Below the pieces are notes generated by a model. That model searched no databases. It was not told the origin of the DNA and saw only the letters and a list, made by a program, of their open reading frames with translations. DNA of 26,713 nucleotides from a virus (lineage: Duplodnaviria > Caudoviricetes). Position 1 is the stretch's first letter; every line of letters begins with the position of its first letter. Location: positions 1 to 26,713 of IMG/VR virus record IMGVR_UViG_3300044267_000635; one strand, written 5' to 3'. The position numbers and the translations under genes are program-made. Shown piece by piece: positions 25,518-26,713 of the stretch.

Positions 25518-26227
25518 TATTCTTCCTCGTTTGTTGTTAGTTCTTGTTCAGCCATATCCCAACAATTAAGATTAGAAGCGATAGTTCTTCTTTCGCCCTC
25601 TCCCTTAAAAGGATATACCATGTGTTGCAACCAGGAAGGGAAAACTAACAACTTCCCCACTTGTGGTTGAATAACAAAAGACTGAGGTGGTCTCAATCTA
25701 TCTGTGTCCATTAAACTGTTTCTTCCATATTGAAAAGCGATATACCCATCACAATCACCAGAGGTATTGTATAAGGAATAATTAGGTGATCCCGCTACAG
25801 GTTGATCTAATATTTGTTGTGGAACTTTTGTCCAACCAGTCGTAGATATACCCATTATGGTTTTAGTGCCGTGATCGTGTATTGGGTTGTAATCACCTTC
25901 GTAACTGTGCACCGACCAAGTTTCATCAACAGCTACGGCTTTAGGCTTATTAAGACTCGTGCCAGTATTCTGAGAATAGAAATTAATATAATCTGCTCCC
26001 AACCCACATATAAAATTCGTATATTCTTTTAATCTTGGGTCAGCATTGTCCATAAGTAACTGTTCGCCTTGTGCGATTTGCCCAACTAAAGTATCAGCTA
26101 ATGACTTTTTATTTTTATCTTCAACATATTCGTCAAGATAATCATTCAAGTCCTCAACCATGCTCATAGGCATTTCGGTTTCCATAACATACACACTAGG
26201 CATATTATGTACTGTTACTTCAGCCAT
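25517..26227 (-). CDS. Putative 2OG-Fe(II) oxygenase-family protein
   Basis: WSVHSYEGDYNPIHDH ... PQVGKLLVFPSWLQHMVYPF..GERRTIASN: double-stranded beta-helix fold pattern with His ligands and a 2OG-binding Arg. Confidence 0.85.
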   Translation of the reverse strand: MAEVTVHNMPSVYVMETEMPMSMVEDLNDYLDEYVEDKNKKSLADTLVGQIAQGEQLLMDNADPRLKEYTNFICGLGADYINFYSQNTGTSLNKPKAVAVDETWSVHSYEGDYNPIHDHGTKTIMGISTTGWTKVPQQILDQPVAGSPNYSLYNTSGDCDGYIAFQYGRNSLMDTDRLRPPQSFVIQPQVGKLLVFPSWLQHMVYPFKGEGERRTIASNLNCWDMAEQELTTNEEE

Positions 26228-26229
26228 GC

Positions 26230-26562
26230 TTAACTAGGTACGCTAAATGCTTCGTCAGGTACTGGGTTGCTAGGTGGGTTAGTAATAACCGAATCAACCT
26301 GACTAGCAAATATTGTGTCCCATTTCGATACAGGACATAGTGCTACTAAGTCAGCGTTACTGAACGAACTTTTTGCTGCTTTAGTAAAGTTACTGTCCCC
26401 TGTTATTGGGTCAGTTGATTCTACATCTGCACTAAATGTACTGGTGTAGTATGTTGCATCGCCTTCGCTATCATTCTCGTATTGCATTACCAAATGCCAT
26501 TTTTCCACTTTACTGGATTTGACATAAGGAATGGTTTTTACAAGTTTTTTGCTTACTGCCAT
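26230..26562 (-). CDS. Hypothetical protein, probably tail-fibre associated
   Basis: 110 aa; AGGAG RBS; directly downstream of the tail fibre gene. Confidence 0.65.
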   Translation of the reverse strand: MAVSKKLVKTIPYVKSSKVEKWHLVMQYENDSEGDATYYTSTFSADVESTDPITGDSNFTKAAKSSFSNADLVALCPVSKWDTIFASQVDSVITNPPSNPVPDEAFSVPS

Positions 26563-26572
26563 TTTTTACTCC

Positions 26573-26713
26573 TTATTTAAGTTTATCTTCTAATTCTTCG
26601 ACCTTTGCCGAAAGTTCTTGTACTGCTTTAGTTAGCATAGGTATTAATGATGATTCGGCAACTCTTTGCTGTCCAGTAGGATCATTATCGTCCCACATAC
26701 TAAAGCCATCTTT
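26573..26713 (-). CDS. C-terminus of a tail fibre/spike with an intramolecular chaperone (peptidase S74-like) domain, partial
   Basis: Reads KDGFSMWDDNDPTGQQRVAESSLIPMLTKAVQELSAKVEELEDKLK-stop; LIP.L.KAVQEL plus a coiled coil is the typical end of that domain. Confidence 0.8.
   Translation of the reverse strand, partial: KDGFSMWDDNDPTGQQRVAESSLIPMLTKAVQELSAKVEELEDKLK

Larger units (their letters stand above)
1..26713. mobile_element. Tailed dsDNA phage (podovirus-like) late region: tail, ejection and lysis genes with an accessory curli/cAMP cassette
   Basis: GH24 endolysin, overlapping spanin pair, tail-fibre chaperone C-terminus, tail hub-like gene, ejection-type proteins and a polyvalent protein; tightly overlapping co-oriented genes; no housekeeping genes. 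Confidence 0.93.

Noticed and set aside
20382-26032. Short overlapping ORFs in the right third (20382, 20984, 21320, 21462, 21936, 23291, 24164, 24967, 25814)
   Set aside because: Nested within well-supported genes, with no independent coding evidence
1-26713. Promoters, intrinsic terminators, tRNA and ncRNA genes
   Set aside because: Intergenic gaps are at most about a dozen bases; no convincing hairpin or cloverleaf was seen by eye, though internal promoters cannot be excluded

Overview
This is an AT-rich, gene-dense late (structural and lysis) region of a tailed dsDNA phage. It looks podovirus-like (P22/T7-style tail hub and ejection genes) and probably infects a Gram-negative host, inferred to be a low-GC aquatic bacterium. 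Nearly all genes lie on the minus strand in one translationally coupled run. In transcription order: tail-fibre chaperone end, hypothetical, 2OG-Fe(II) oxygenase, small membrane proteins, SNase-like nuclease, holin-like proteins, then a six-gene cassette (CsgF-like, CsgG, curlin-repeat protein, secreted FecR-domain protein, second curlin-repeat protein, CHASE2-adenylate cyclase), then i-spanin, o-spanin, GH24 endolysin, tail hub, small virion proteins, ejection proteins, and a 2390-aa polyvalent protein (two HExxH zincin motifs plus an LPD38-like C-terminus). That last gene converges on a plus-strand operon at the left edge. The standout is the cassette: a phage-encoded curli-like secretion and fibre system coupled to a FecR/CHASE2 cAMP module, sitting between the holin-like genes and the spanin/endolysin genes. 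It is a candidate trans-envelope sensing or lysis-control system. No tRNA, rRNA, CRISPR, integrase or IS element was seen. All family calls come from motif recognition by eye, not database searches.
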